In this document: piece by piece, positions 11,736-22,469 of the stretch
Numbering within the stretch: position 1 is the first letter of the stretch
How the letters are laid out: each line of letters begins with the position of its first letter
Assembly: GCA_002269645.1 (NCBI GenBank)
Contig: NIVC01001230.1
Location: 62,001 to 126,000 of the forward strand
Direction of reading: 5' to 3'
Length of the DNA: 64,000 bases
Source: Macrostomum lignano
Lineage: Eukaryota
Translations under genes and position numbers: made by a program
Notes under the pieces: generated by a model
Databases searched by the model: none
What the model saw: the letters and a program-made list of their open reading frames with translations, nothing else
What the model was told of the DNA's origin: nothing

Positions 11736-12765
11736 TCAATTGCTTGGCCGAGGAAAAGCCAGCATCTTCGTCCAGGCGACTTCTTCAGCCTCCGAATCAT
11801 AGTCCAGCTTCAGAGCCGCGTCGAAGAACAGCAGGAGACGGCACTCTTGTCTAATAGCGTTGTGGTAGAAGCCGACACATCCGAACTTCTCTGAGCAGCT
11901 CAGACCGCAGAGCATGGCGGTGGCTGCCGTTGCAGATTTGATGTTGCAACCGGGAGCGTCTTGGGCGAAAGTCAGCACTGGGGCGTCGAAAAACCGCTGG
12001 TAGCTGTTGCAGTATAAGTGGCAGTTTGCAATGGTCTCGGTAGTTTGCATAGATTGCATCAAATCATACTGTGTATTTTCCGAGGACTTTTGGGACTACA
12101 AAATTTCTACCAAATGCATTGTACCGTTAGCCCATGGTCTATGTTTACCTGTTGCTACGATTGCTTCCCTAATTTTACCTTGCAGTGCATAGCGGGTTGG
12201 TGCGAATGTTTTATGACTTCCAAAATTAGTCATTCGTAAGTAGCTCCCACCTTTTTGGTGTCAAAGTAGCCGCATCGACTCCAGCAGGCCTCTGGCATCG
12301 GTAGTGCTTGGTTCCGTTGCATTCGTAGTTGTGCAGGCCGTTCTCCTTGGCGACGTGGATCACGCAATCCAGATCCTCGCCCTCGCCATTCGGCTGTTCA
12401 ACCGACCAGAGCTCCAAGTTCTCCAGCTGCTCCAATCCCGGTACAAGTTGCCAACCGGATGGACTCGAGCCGCGCTCCACAGCGGCATCCGTGATGCCCA
12501 GCCAGGCGTCCTTGGTCATCTTGGAGTTCCGCAACGAATTGTAAGCGGCTGGACCGAGCAGACTCTCCCCCAGCTTGGCGCAGGCGGCCATGGCGGCGCA
12601 GGCGGACACCGCAGTTGTAGACTCGGGCCCCACGCAGTACGTCGTGTTGACGGCCAGCTTGTAGCTCGGGTCCGGGCCGCAGCCGGTGAGGTTCTGCGAC
12701 TTGTCGGCAGATGCGAGAGCGAGTTGACAGAGTAGGTAGAAAATCTTGCCGAAATCGAGCTTCAT
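11736..12765 (-). CDS. Second C-type lectin (QPN) + PAN/apple-like protein; exons 12765-12251 and 12003-11736; 260 aa
   Basis: MKLDFGKIFYLLCQLALASA signal, WLGITD..ERGSSPSGWQ, WSVEQPN..LDC, then LCGLSCSEKFGCVGFYHN..ECRLLLF. The phase-2 GT-AG intron (12250-12004) rejoins the two ORFs. Clearly paralogous to the 9761 gene. Confidence 0.9.
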
Positions 12766-13612
12766 TTTTTGGCCGAACAGACTTTCTGCTTTCACAATGA
12801 CATTGACTCTCGCGCATCGACTCCCAGAGACTGAAACTCTTCCTGATATATACGGCAGAAATCGATAATCGAAAAAATAGAAAATTCCGCAGGCAGGATG
12901 TCAGTCAGGATACGCTGAGCCGGGAATGCCACGCGGGTGACCCGGAGTCACTGTTTTGATGCTTTCTGCTACTTTCTGTATTGACGGCATTGTCTTTAAA
13001 AAAAGCTATTCTTCGTGGAGAGCGGCTTCACTTCCGTTGTTTCCCATTTCAGCGGTATTCGTGGGTGCAGCTTAGCACCAGCTCAGCACCAGCTCACCAG
13101 ATTCGTGAAGTTGTTTCCCAGACGATTCTTTCGCGACATCAAATCGACAAAAAACTACAGGAGCAAAGCAGGGAGTTTAGCTTTGAGATGGGAATAAGTG
13201 ACATCTTATCATTTGGTGTAGAGTTTATTCTTATGTTCCTGAGAGATAGAAAGACATGGGAGATACAGGATACGGGAAGAGAAGCTGGGATGCAGAGCAA
13301 GAAAGACATCCAGACCCCCGAATAACCGAGCCTTTTTTCCAAAGAAATTCAAAAGAAATGAAAGTTGCTTGACTTCAATAAAAAGGTATAAAGTTATGGC
13401 ATTGGTTAGAGTTTCAAGGTCACAGACCTGTATCTGATAGTTTAGGCATTGAAAATGACGCATAAACCGTTTCTATCTCATATAGTAGTTATAGGCGAGT
13501 CAGTTCTATTTAAAAGTTATTTCAATTCGATTAAAGATGTTACAAGGAAGTGCTTTTGTCGAATAGAAGTCAGGTGCTTCCATAGAAACGAGCAGCCTCA
13601 AAGCCCAAATAT

Positions 13613-16600
13613 TTAACAGGCCAGATAGTCTGGATTTCGAAAATGGCAGATGAACACGACTAGCGACGATATTGCTGTTACCATGGCAACGAATAGAATC
13701 CAGTCAAGTCTGCGTCCAATGACCAGCCAAAGGTTTTCGCCCGCAGCCTGTGAAGCGTCGGCGTGTGGCTGCTGTAGAGTGCGAGGAGAGTGGAGCTGTG
13801 GTGACCTCTCTGGCTACTAAAAAACTTCTACTTGTGTCCCTGTGAGCAACTAAATAACGGGACGCTACAGAACTAAAAAAATCTAACAAATGCAACAAAT
13901 CTACTAGAGGCCCGAGGTGAGAGATTTTCTGGTTTCTAGCACTTTCAATCAGTGTGCACAACAGGTACACCAAGAAACATATTAATTAAGTCATTCGTCC
14001 ATTCTGAACTCACAATTACTTCTACTTCAGTCCCTCTGGCCGAATCAGTGTTATTTTTTCTGTCTCGTCCGGCTCGGCAGGAGCAGCACGCGGCTTGAGC
14101 AGTTCGCATCGGGCCGGATGACGACCTCGCCTCGTGGCCCCTGTAGCAGCAGTACAGCTGGAACACGCTGCCCAGCGTTGACACGGCCGAAATGGCGACA
14201 ACTATGGCAAAGAATCTGGCTGCAAAGGGAAAGAAAGCAATTATTACATGGTACTACTAGAACGGTCGGAAATAGTGAGGTCGATAATGCAGTTTCGAAT
14301 CTGCTTAACGTCGAATAATTTTGAAGGATCTCGGCAAACGTTTCTCAAAGTTTTGGCCCTTAATCCACAGTTTCTGGTACTCACTGAGCATTGGCACACT
14401 GTCGCTCTGAGCGGGCGTGTATCCAGCCACAATCTGCATGAACACCATGAGCGTGAGCATCAAGGTGATGTTTAACGACAGCCGGTCGCCAGTGTCTGGC
14501 GGCAGGAAGAAGCTGAACGCGCAGATGATGAGGATCAGGAAGCTCGGCATGATGAGGTTCATCACGTAGAAGAGCGGCTTTCGCTAAAATGAGATTCATG
14601 CCGATATCTGTTGGAACTGCTCCGAGTCCATGTTCATCTGAGAAAACCCGAGCTCATAAGTATCATTAGAATTGGTGCTGACTGATGCCCTACCTGAATG
14701 ACGATTGTGAAAACTGCCTCCTGGCATGCGCCGAGATCGGTTACTGGTGTCACCCAGAAGTCGCTCTTTGTGATGCAGTATTCATCACTCTCGATGTTCT
14801 GCTGACGAAGAGTGTCCGGTGCCAGAACCGATGATGCGTTCTTGTTGAGCACCCGGAGCTCCAGGTCCGCCCTGACCATCAGCCAGCTGCCGAACACCAC
14901 CCTGCAGACCTGGGTGTCAAACGGGAAGTACAGCATGTTGATGTCGCACAGGGTTCGCGTATTGAACGGCGAACTGGTGAAAACGCGACCGTCGGCCAGC
15001 ACAATGGCGGACAACGGCTGACTTGACTCTTTGTGCTCGACTCTTGAATCGAAGTTATTGGTTATTGGTTGAGCATCAACTGTAATTATAGCATTATACG
15101 AGCGAAATGGGCCACAAAAGTAAAAGTATGCTACACTCGTAAATCACGATTTTCACGTATTAAAGGCCTGTTTTCGCTGCAAATCGGATTACAGGTAAAG
15201 TTGGATACACAGTTCTCTGATTGCTTTCAAATGCTAAAATTCCGATAGCTCACCTACTGGCTACAGGACTTCTGAGTGTCAAGCAAGGCAAGCATTTTCT
15301 TTGTTTGAAGTTGGCTCACCTGTTTTGTGTCGGAATGCTACAGGAGACCGGTAAACAAGCAACGGTCCACAGAAATCGCAGTTGTTTCTGTCTCTTGTGC
15401 GTTTTTTTCTAGACGGAATTTTCTTGACCGATTGGCCAATGTTTCTTGGAAAACCGAATTCACGAAAACCCGGTTCACGGAATTAATGCGCAAATGGCTG
15501 ATAATGATTGCTAATTCCTTTTTGAGGACATATTTTTCAAAACTTTGTTATCCTTCACCTGTGAGTCAACCTCGGACCAAAACAAATACTTGCTCGATCA
15601 ATTCCGATATCTTCTTAACTGCTCACTCGAAACTAAAGAAGTGTTATAATTGTTATTATTAAAGTAGATTCTAGAGCCCATCTCACGTGTTTATCGTGAT
15701 CACATCGGGTATCCAGATGGAAGATCGCGGCAAATAGATGGCCGTTATGTGGTTGAACGTTCCATTGTATCTGTCGTACCAGGCCAGTCGGTAGTCGTTC
15801 CATTCCTGCGGTAATGTTTATCGAAGGGGTGCAGCTTTCATGAGCTTCAGACAATCCCTAATCCACCCAAATAAGCGGCATAGTTCGTGACGCTGGTTAA
15901 AGTTCGGCGCACGGATGTGAGCAATTTGAAATCTGAAGCATGGTGGAAGCTCTGCGTGTTCGTGCAGGCTATTAGTCGAGCTGGGCGCAATAAATTGTTC
16001 CACTTACCATTTCGGTAAAGCCTTCCAGCGACATGTGCTGAGCAACTTCGTTCTGAAATAGAGCGGTAAAACCATTTTAGCTATTGGGGAAAAGCAATTA
16101 AAATAATTGTGGTATCGAAATTGTATACCAATTGTTTTACATGCAATTTCGAGCTCGAAGTTTCTGAGAGAATTGCTATGGTTGCCTTGCATCTGTAGTG
16201 CCATTTACTGACTTTATCAGTTGGCTTCCTATAATTTATGGTCTAAATTGGTGCCAATAAAATATTTTCTCTATCCAGATTCCACCGACGCATCCGACGT
16301 TATACAACAGACAATAGACATCTGAAACATCGGACGAACGCCAGAATGCTCTACGGAGCAGAAGCCACGCAATCTACAAACATATATTTATCTGCTGTAG
16401 ACATGTAGCCACGACCACCTCAACTGTGGATACACACGTTCAAAGTTATATTTTTGAACTAAATATTGATAAGAGATTCGGTTTTGTAAAGCGATCTTTC
16501 ATCTCGTGCTCGTCTATAAAGCGACGTCAGCTCCAGACGTTTCTGACGTCCTGCAACGGACTCTCGTTATAGAAATGAGTAGTTATACGTTAAGCCGACA

Positions 16601-18828
16601 TACAGCAGACGTCATGAAAAAGCACAAAAGACGACGAGAAAAAACAAATTTTTTTTGGAATTTGCAAAATTTATATATTAAGTTTTCGGTACGTCGGCAT
16701 TCGTTGACGTAAGTTGAGAAATGCCCATTCACCATGGACTTTTTAGGACATCAGACAAACGTCTGGTGACGGCTACAAAGCTGAATCGTTGTCTTATGAA
16801 CAGTCCGATATTTTGTGCAAAAATATAACTTTTAACGTTGCGTGTCCACTGGGGCCAATTTTAAAACGCCTTGGTAAAAAATCTATGTTTAAAAATCGCA
16901 GATGGCCCACCCAAAGAGTATTGAGGTCGCCTAGTACAGAGTGCCAATATAAGGATGAAAATCTGAAGCCGATTTTTAGAATCCACCCACCCCCTCCGGT
17001 CACCATGCAAGCTTTTTAGTCTATGGCACAAGTTGTGGCTAGAATGGTGTACAAAGCCGATGCTCAGAAATATACATAAAGTGCATGAGAAAAATACAAG
17101 TAGCTAATGTTGTACAAGTAGCTGGTAGTAGTACAAATACAAGTAGCTGGCGTTCGAAACATTGAAGGAGCGAATGACAAGTTCAGAGGTTATGGCTCAT
17201 CCGGATTTCTCCCCGGATGCCGGAGAGTTTATCCTCGATACGGATGGCAGTTCGAAGATGGGGATAGGAGCGGTACTTTCTCAAGTCCAGCCAGATGGAT
17301 CAGAACGAGTGATCGCCTATGGGTCCAAGACACTAAATCAAGCCGAACGCAACTATTGTACGACTCGTTTAGAACTACTAGCGGTTGTGACTTTCATCAT
17401 GAAGTTCAGATATTATCTGCTTGGAAAAGCGTTCTGTCTGCGAATGGACCACAGCAGCCTGCAATGGTTGAAAAACTTCAGTGATGCCGAGGGACAGGTT
17501 GCTCGTTGGTTGGAGAAGTTGGCTCCTTTTCAGTATCGCATCGTTCACAGACCAGGTCGATTACATGGCAACGCGGACGCAATGTCGAGGAAGCCAGTAC
17601 GGAGATATTTCGGAGCGGATACATGTCCGGCATGTGCGCAGCATCCAGAAGGACTAAATGCAGTCGAATTTGAACAATTCTCAGCCGGCAATCTGGCAAG
17701 CGAGCAGGATCAAGATGACGATTTGAGAACAGTAAAGGAAGCGCTTGGCTCAAACCCGGTTCCAGATAAAAGCGAGACAGCTTGGAGTCCACTGGCTAGA
17801 GCCGTCTGGACTCGAAAAGACGACCTGGTGCTGCAAAAGAACGTGCTCCTTGTGAGAAACAAAGACAGGCGCGATGAGTATCAAATGGTGCTGCCACGAA
17901 AGGCACTGGATCGTATCTTGAAAACCCTACACGAGGGAGTGGGAGGTGGCCACATGGGCTTTGCCAAGACAAAATTTAAAGTGCTTCAGCGCTACTGGCG
18001 TCCAGGATTGTCTCGTGCCATTGAAGAGTATATTCGCGGTTGTGCCACCTGCTGCAAGTCAAAGCCGGGCAAGCGAAACCGAGCACCCCTGCAACCATTG
18101 ACATTCGCAGCACCATTCGATTGCGTCATGATGGACATTGTCGGGCCGCTACCGCGGAGTATGGCTGGAAGCATGTATAAAGCCATAATGAAAACTGAGT
18201 CAGCGTTGGTAATTAATCAACCAGTGCGTAAAAGGGTATGAATGGAAAGAACTTTATTTAGTCCCAAATTTGGAAGTTCTCCCATAGACGTCTCGTCAGA
18301 CTAATTTGGTCAAGTGGTACCAACGCCGCTCTGCATACAGACAGCTCTTTCACTCTAAATCTTTGCCTATAATACGATCTTACATTAATCTAAGCATTAA
18401 TATTTACATTAATCTTTGCGTACAATCGCAAAGCCGTCAAAATTTAGTGCGTAGGCGTGAGGGCCCGGTTGCGACGAGTGGGTGGAGCATGTAATTCTGA
18501 TAGACAAAGTAATAAAACTACATCTAAAGAATTTTTGTAAGGCAAAATCAAGCGAGAAATCAGGAAAAGGACTTGTTTCACTTTGTAATAGTTCATTATA
18601 ACTCACAATTCCTAGCAGCTTGACAACAATAAAGTTGATGTAGACCACATTGGTTGTGTTGTAATCTGGCGGCGGCCGAACAGCTTTATTGTATTTTCTG
18701 CCTAGCTGCAGCAGATTCCAGATCATTTCGTCACTGCTGGACGCCTCCTCGAATTCAAGCGGCTCGACAGCGACCATCGCTATCGCAATCGCAAAAATAT
18801 TGACGAGTATTCCCGACAGAAACTTCAT
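13613..18828 (-). CDS. Cys-loop ligand-gated ion channel subunit, nAChR-like non-alpha type; exons 18828-18607, 16052-16008, 15805-15687, ~15042-14694, 14583-14385, 14219-14014, ~13813-13613; ~446 aa
   Basis: Signal peptide + YNKAVRP; 45-nt exon NEVAQHMSLEGFTEM; EWNDYRLAW..IWIPDV; Cys-loop CDINMLYFPFDTQVC; FGSW; RKPLFY-M1; M2 PPDTGDRLSLNITLMLTL; M3; M4 W..IGRRLDWILF. Phases are consistent; acceptors at 15042 and 13813 are the least certain. Confidence 0.9.
16426..16850. mobile_element. Old inverted-repeat (MITE/foldback-like) element in nAChR intron 1
   Basis: GTGGATACACACGTTCAAAGTTATATTTTTGAACTAAATAT..GATAAGAGATTCGGTTTTGT is imperfectly mirrored by ACAAAGCTGAATCGTTGTCTTATG..ATATTTTGTGCAAAAATATAACTTTAACGTTGCGTGTCCAC. 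Confidence 0.55.
17162..18165 (+). mobile_element. Ty3/Gypsy pol fragment (RNase H-like domain, integrase Zn finger, start of integrase core), antisense within nAChR intron 1
   Basis: FILDTDGS..GIGAVLSQ..ERVIAYGSK..RNYCTTRLELLAVV..DHSSLQWL..ARWLEKL..HRPG..H.NADAMSR; H..GH.G..KT..YW..C..C; PF..V.MDIVGPLP then breaks off. RNH-then-INT order is Gypsy type; no LTRs seen. Confidence 0.92.
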
Positions 18829-19435
18829 TTTCAAAATACCTTCAATGATCTTTTGATATCGACTAATTGATAATTAAAGTGGAGTTTCGTCTGCAGCATG
18901 CTCGGTCCATGCCAAAATTTGGCTGCATGCATTCTACATTCATTTAAAAAAGTGAAACATACCACCAAACACTGGTCGACCAATCGAAATTCGGCTCTGA
19001 ACTGCTCTATCATTCCTAGAATTTCATCTCTATTCAATCTCTATAACACGCTAACCCAGTACAGTAGCAGTTTCTCATCAATGACGTTTTTCGTGAAGTG
19101 CATGGATATGAAGTTGATTTTTGGTGAATATATGAGCTCGTGTACGTTTCAAGCGTGAAATGTAACAAAAGAGACTTTGAATTGGGCGAGTATTGAGCCA
19201 CAGACATATTGGGCCTCGTACATCCTCGGTTACCGGACGGTGTGGGTGGAAGCTCGAAAATTGGCTTTAACTTTTCGGTTTTATTGGCACTCTACATGTA
19301 TCTCTAAGCAATATCCATACTCTTTTGGCATGAATAATATGATTCCTTCATCCATGGAAAAACTTGCGCTTGCTTTTCGAATTTGACAAAGGTGAGTGAC
19401 CTTGAGCACAATTATAGTGACATGTATCTGTAGGA

Positions 19436-19482
19436 CAGGGGTCGGCAAACTCCGGCCCTCGGGTCCTTTGAATTCGGCCCGC
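19436..19482 (+). mobile_element. Isolated hAT(Charlie)-like terminal sequence
   Basis: CAGGGGTCGGCAAACTCCGGCCCTCGGG...TTCGGCCCGC resembles hAT non-autonomous termini; the partner end was not found. Confidence 0.45.
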
Positions 19483-19501
19483 TCAAGGCTTGTGGCTCAG
19501 C

Positions 19502-19526
19502 TTTCTCTCTCTCTCTCTCTCTCTCG

Positions 19527-19602
<76 letters not shown>

Positions 19603-19627
19603 TTCTCTCTTTCTCTCTTTCTCACTC

Positions 19628-19658
<31 letters not shown>

Positions 19659-19663
19659 CTCTT

Positions 19664-19716
<53 letters not shown>

Positions 19717-19717
19717 T
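19502..19717. repeat. (CT)n microsatellite, imperfect
   Basis: ~215 bp of CT repeats directly preceding the PLE-B partial copy. Confidence 0.97.
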
Positions 19718-20979
19718 TCGAGGGCCTCAAACTGCCGGCAATCACAGAGGTGCATGTGTACTCACTGTCAACCTTACCATCCCTACTGAGGTCGGCCGCC
19801 CTGCGGAACCGGCAATGCGCTCGGTCAACGGTGCTGGTCCTGCCGGACGAGCTGCTCAGCACAGACCACTGGCTAGAGTGGCTCTCTGAGGCCATCGATC
19901 TACTAAGAGCGGACAGTCTGGCACGTAAGATCCTTCTGGTTCCGCCCTTTGCCAGCGGTGAAGATTCGACTCAAATTCTGAGTAAGAAACTCTCACCTGT
20001 TACTTTTATTGCCTCTCCTCCTCTTAAACCAATTGTATCCTTCTCAGCGCCTGACTTTATACTGGCGCTGGCTTCCTGGCTGAGAACTTTAAACTAGCTG
20101 ACTACTGTAGGCTTCCCAACCTGGAAGGCAGCATTTTGAATCTACACCCCACCTTCAAACTCTCTGAATCTGAGACGAGGCTGCTAGATAGGGGACTCAA
20201 TTTTATCCCAACCCAAGCCCTTGATTTCGAGGATCTGAGGAACTGCGTGACGGAATTTCATCGTAAACTTTTCTGGAAAGACTTTTTCAAAAAGAGGGGT
20301 CTCGCCAATACCAGCCCGCCCCCTTTCACCGGGAAATCAGGGAAGGAGGTCCCCCGCAGACTTAGAAGGGATGAGTGCAACTTGTTTGTGCTTGAGAACA
20401 AAAAACTGGTAGATAATTTGACAACGGTACAGATCAAAGGCAACCTAGAGGTACCAGAGACCAGAGCGATTTAGGGGCTCAAGCGAAACAGCTCCGTCCT
20501 AATAAAAAAGGCGGACAAAGGTAACGCAGTGGTCATCATGCACCCCAAGGATTACGAATTCGCAGCCTACAACCAATTGCTGGACACTAATGCCTATCAA
20601 CAGCTGGACCAGCCACTGCAACCCGAGACTGCGGAACTTATCAGGAGGATCTTCCTCGATTTATGTAACAGAAAGTTCATATCTAAGAAACAGTTTTCTT
20701 TTCTTTGTCCCGGAGAGAACTTCCGTCCCCGGCATTTCTACCTGCTCCCCAAAATTCACAAGGACCCGGCCACCTGGCTGATCCCCTTTCGGGTCCCAGC
20801 AGGCAGACCTATTGTTAGCGGATGCAGTTCTGAAGCAATTGGGGCAGAAAAGTACATAGACTTCTTTCTTAAACCGATTGCCCAAGCGCAACCCACTTTC
20901 GTTAAGGACTCGTATGACTTCAAGGCACACCTTATGGATAAAAGCTGCACGGAAGGTTCGACTCTGGCAACCTGTGATG
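19718..20979 (+). mobile_element. Penelope-like element family B, partial copy (ORF1 remnant + 5' part of RT ORF); direct repeat of 27651-28912
   Basis: Sequence matches 27651-28912 (offset 7933), including the slippery site (20088-20094) and the in-frame TAG (20472-20474); it stops abruptly at ...ACCTGTGATG. Confidence 0.93.
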
Positions 20980-20997
20980 AACTAGAGAAGACTCTGA

Positions 20998-22440
20998 ACT
21001 AGAGTCTTCTTCAAGCCCACGGACAGCCGAGCTCTTATCCACCGCGACTCATTCCACCCGAGGCGGACGTTCAAGGGTGTGGTCAAGTCCCAGCTCATCA
21101 GATACGCCCGCAGGTGCTCCCGGATGGTCGACTTCGACGCGGCCTGCACCGAGCTGCTGTCGAATCTGGTGCAGCACCAGGGCTACAACAGGCGTTTTCT
21201 ACGCAATATCAAATACGAGGTGCTGGCGGAGCTGGGTTTCTACCCGACAAGGCGGTGGGAGTTCGGCTTCCTGCCGTGCAACCCGGCCCGGCTGTGCAAG
21301 TGCTGCCAGGCGCACGCCAGATTCACCTCCGTCTGCCCGGGATCCGCGTCCACGACCGTCAAGATCACCATCAGCCAGAGGATCGACTGCAACTCGGTCA
21401 ACGCTGTCTACACCGTGTTCTGCCGCCGCTGCAGCTGCACGGTCTACGTCGGCGAGACGGTCAACAGCATCCGGGCCCGCATGCTAGCGCACGTCGGCGA
21501 CATCAGGCACGCACGCGACACTCCGGTGGCCCGCCACTTCAGCAACGATGGCCATAGTCTCGAGGACTTTGCCTTCACCGGAGTGTGGACGCGGGACGGC
21601 TCTGGACCCAAGGCCAATGAACGACGTCAACGCCAGGAGGCCAAACTCATCGCGGTCCTGAAAACTCTGGTCCCACATGGCGCCAACGAGCTGGCCGGGG
21701 TGCTGCACAATCCGGCGATCCCACTGATTGTGCCGCACTGCGCTGGGTCAGACACCCTGGTTGCCAAGGTGAGGGACGGCGTGGCACAGCACTGCGATGC
21801 CCCTGTACTGCCGGCCTTCACTAAAGGGAGGAGCCTTCGGGATCTACTCTGCCACAGCCAGCTCGAACCAGCTTCTGCCAATTGAGATCAGCTGTACAAA
21901 GGCTCCTTTACTGCTATTTTCCCCTCTGTGATTTTTCATTGACTTTATTTCGATTTATTCAGATTATTTATTTTCTGCTTTTTATTCATTTTTCTGACAC
22001 TGTGTACGGTGCACCTGCATTTTTGCTCTGAGCATTTAATAATTATTTTTATTTACCTTACCTATTTATTTCGCCATTTATTTTTGCAATTTTTATTCTA
22101 CACTTAAAGGTCGTCTAGGCCCAATTGTACAGTTTTAGCCACCCCCGCTTTTCTCATAGTCTCGGACTCGTTTTAATGTACTGACCATGCGTACTGTTTT
22201 AAGTGCTTGAGCACATCAATTTATCGATCGTCTCTCCCTGGCGATATCGCCTTTATATATTGACGGCAATTCGCGCCAAATAAACTTCACTCGCTTGCAG
22301 CCCTGACGAAGAAATTTGATTTCGAAATATCGGCTACTCAAATTAAATTGACTTTTTTCAGTCCTTTCTGACTTTCTACCGTGTCAGTGCCCGAGATTGG
22401 AGGCGCCCTCCTCTCTCTCTCTCTCTCTCCCTCTCTCTTT
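20998..22440 (+). mobile_element. Penelope-like element family A, 5'-truncated upstream copy (pseudo-LTR); direct repeat of 26179-27621
   Basis: Essentially identical to the 3' 1.44 kb of the full A element (thumb/GIY-YIG, 3'UTR, hammerhead, CT tail); offset 5181. Confidence 0.93.
22299..22335 (+). ncRNA. Minimal type I hammerhead ribozyme motif (PLE-A pLTR)
   Basis: AGCC CTGACGA A GAAAT TTG ATTTC GAAA TA TC GGCT: stem I AGCC/GGCT, core CUGANGA, stem II GAAAU/AUUUC, GAAA, AUC cleavage triplet, almost no stem III. Confidence 0.78.
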
Positions 22441-22469
22441 GGCCAGCACCGGTAATTCATTTGGACAAC

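Noticed and set aside
15079-15090. Stronger-looking acceptor TTACAG for nAChR exon 4
   Set aside because: With the phase-2 upstream exon it gives an immediate TGA; the acceptor at 15043 preserves frame and domain spacing. Needs RNA confirmation.
19396-19789. Long SLSL/RERE ORFs (also 31864-32456)
   Set aside because: Translations of (CT)n microsatellites.
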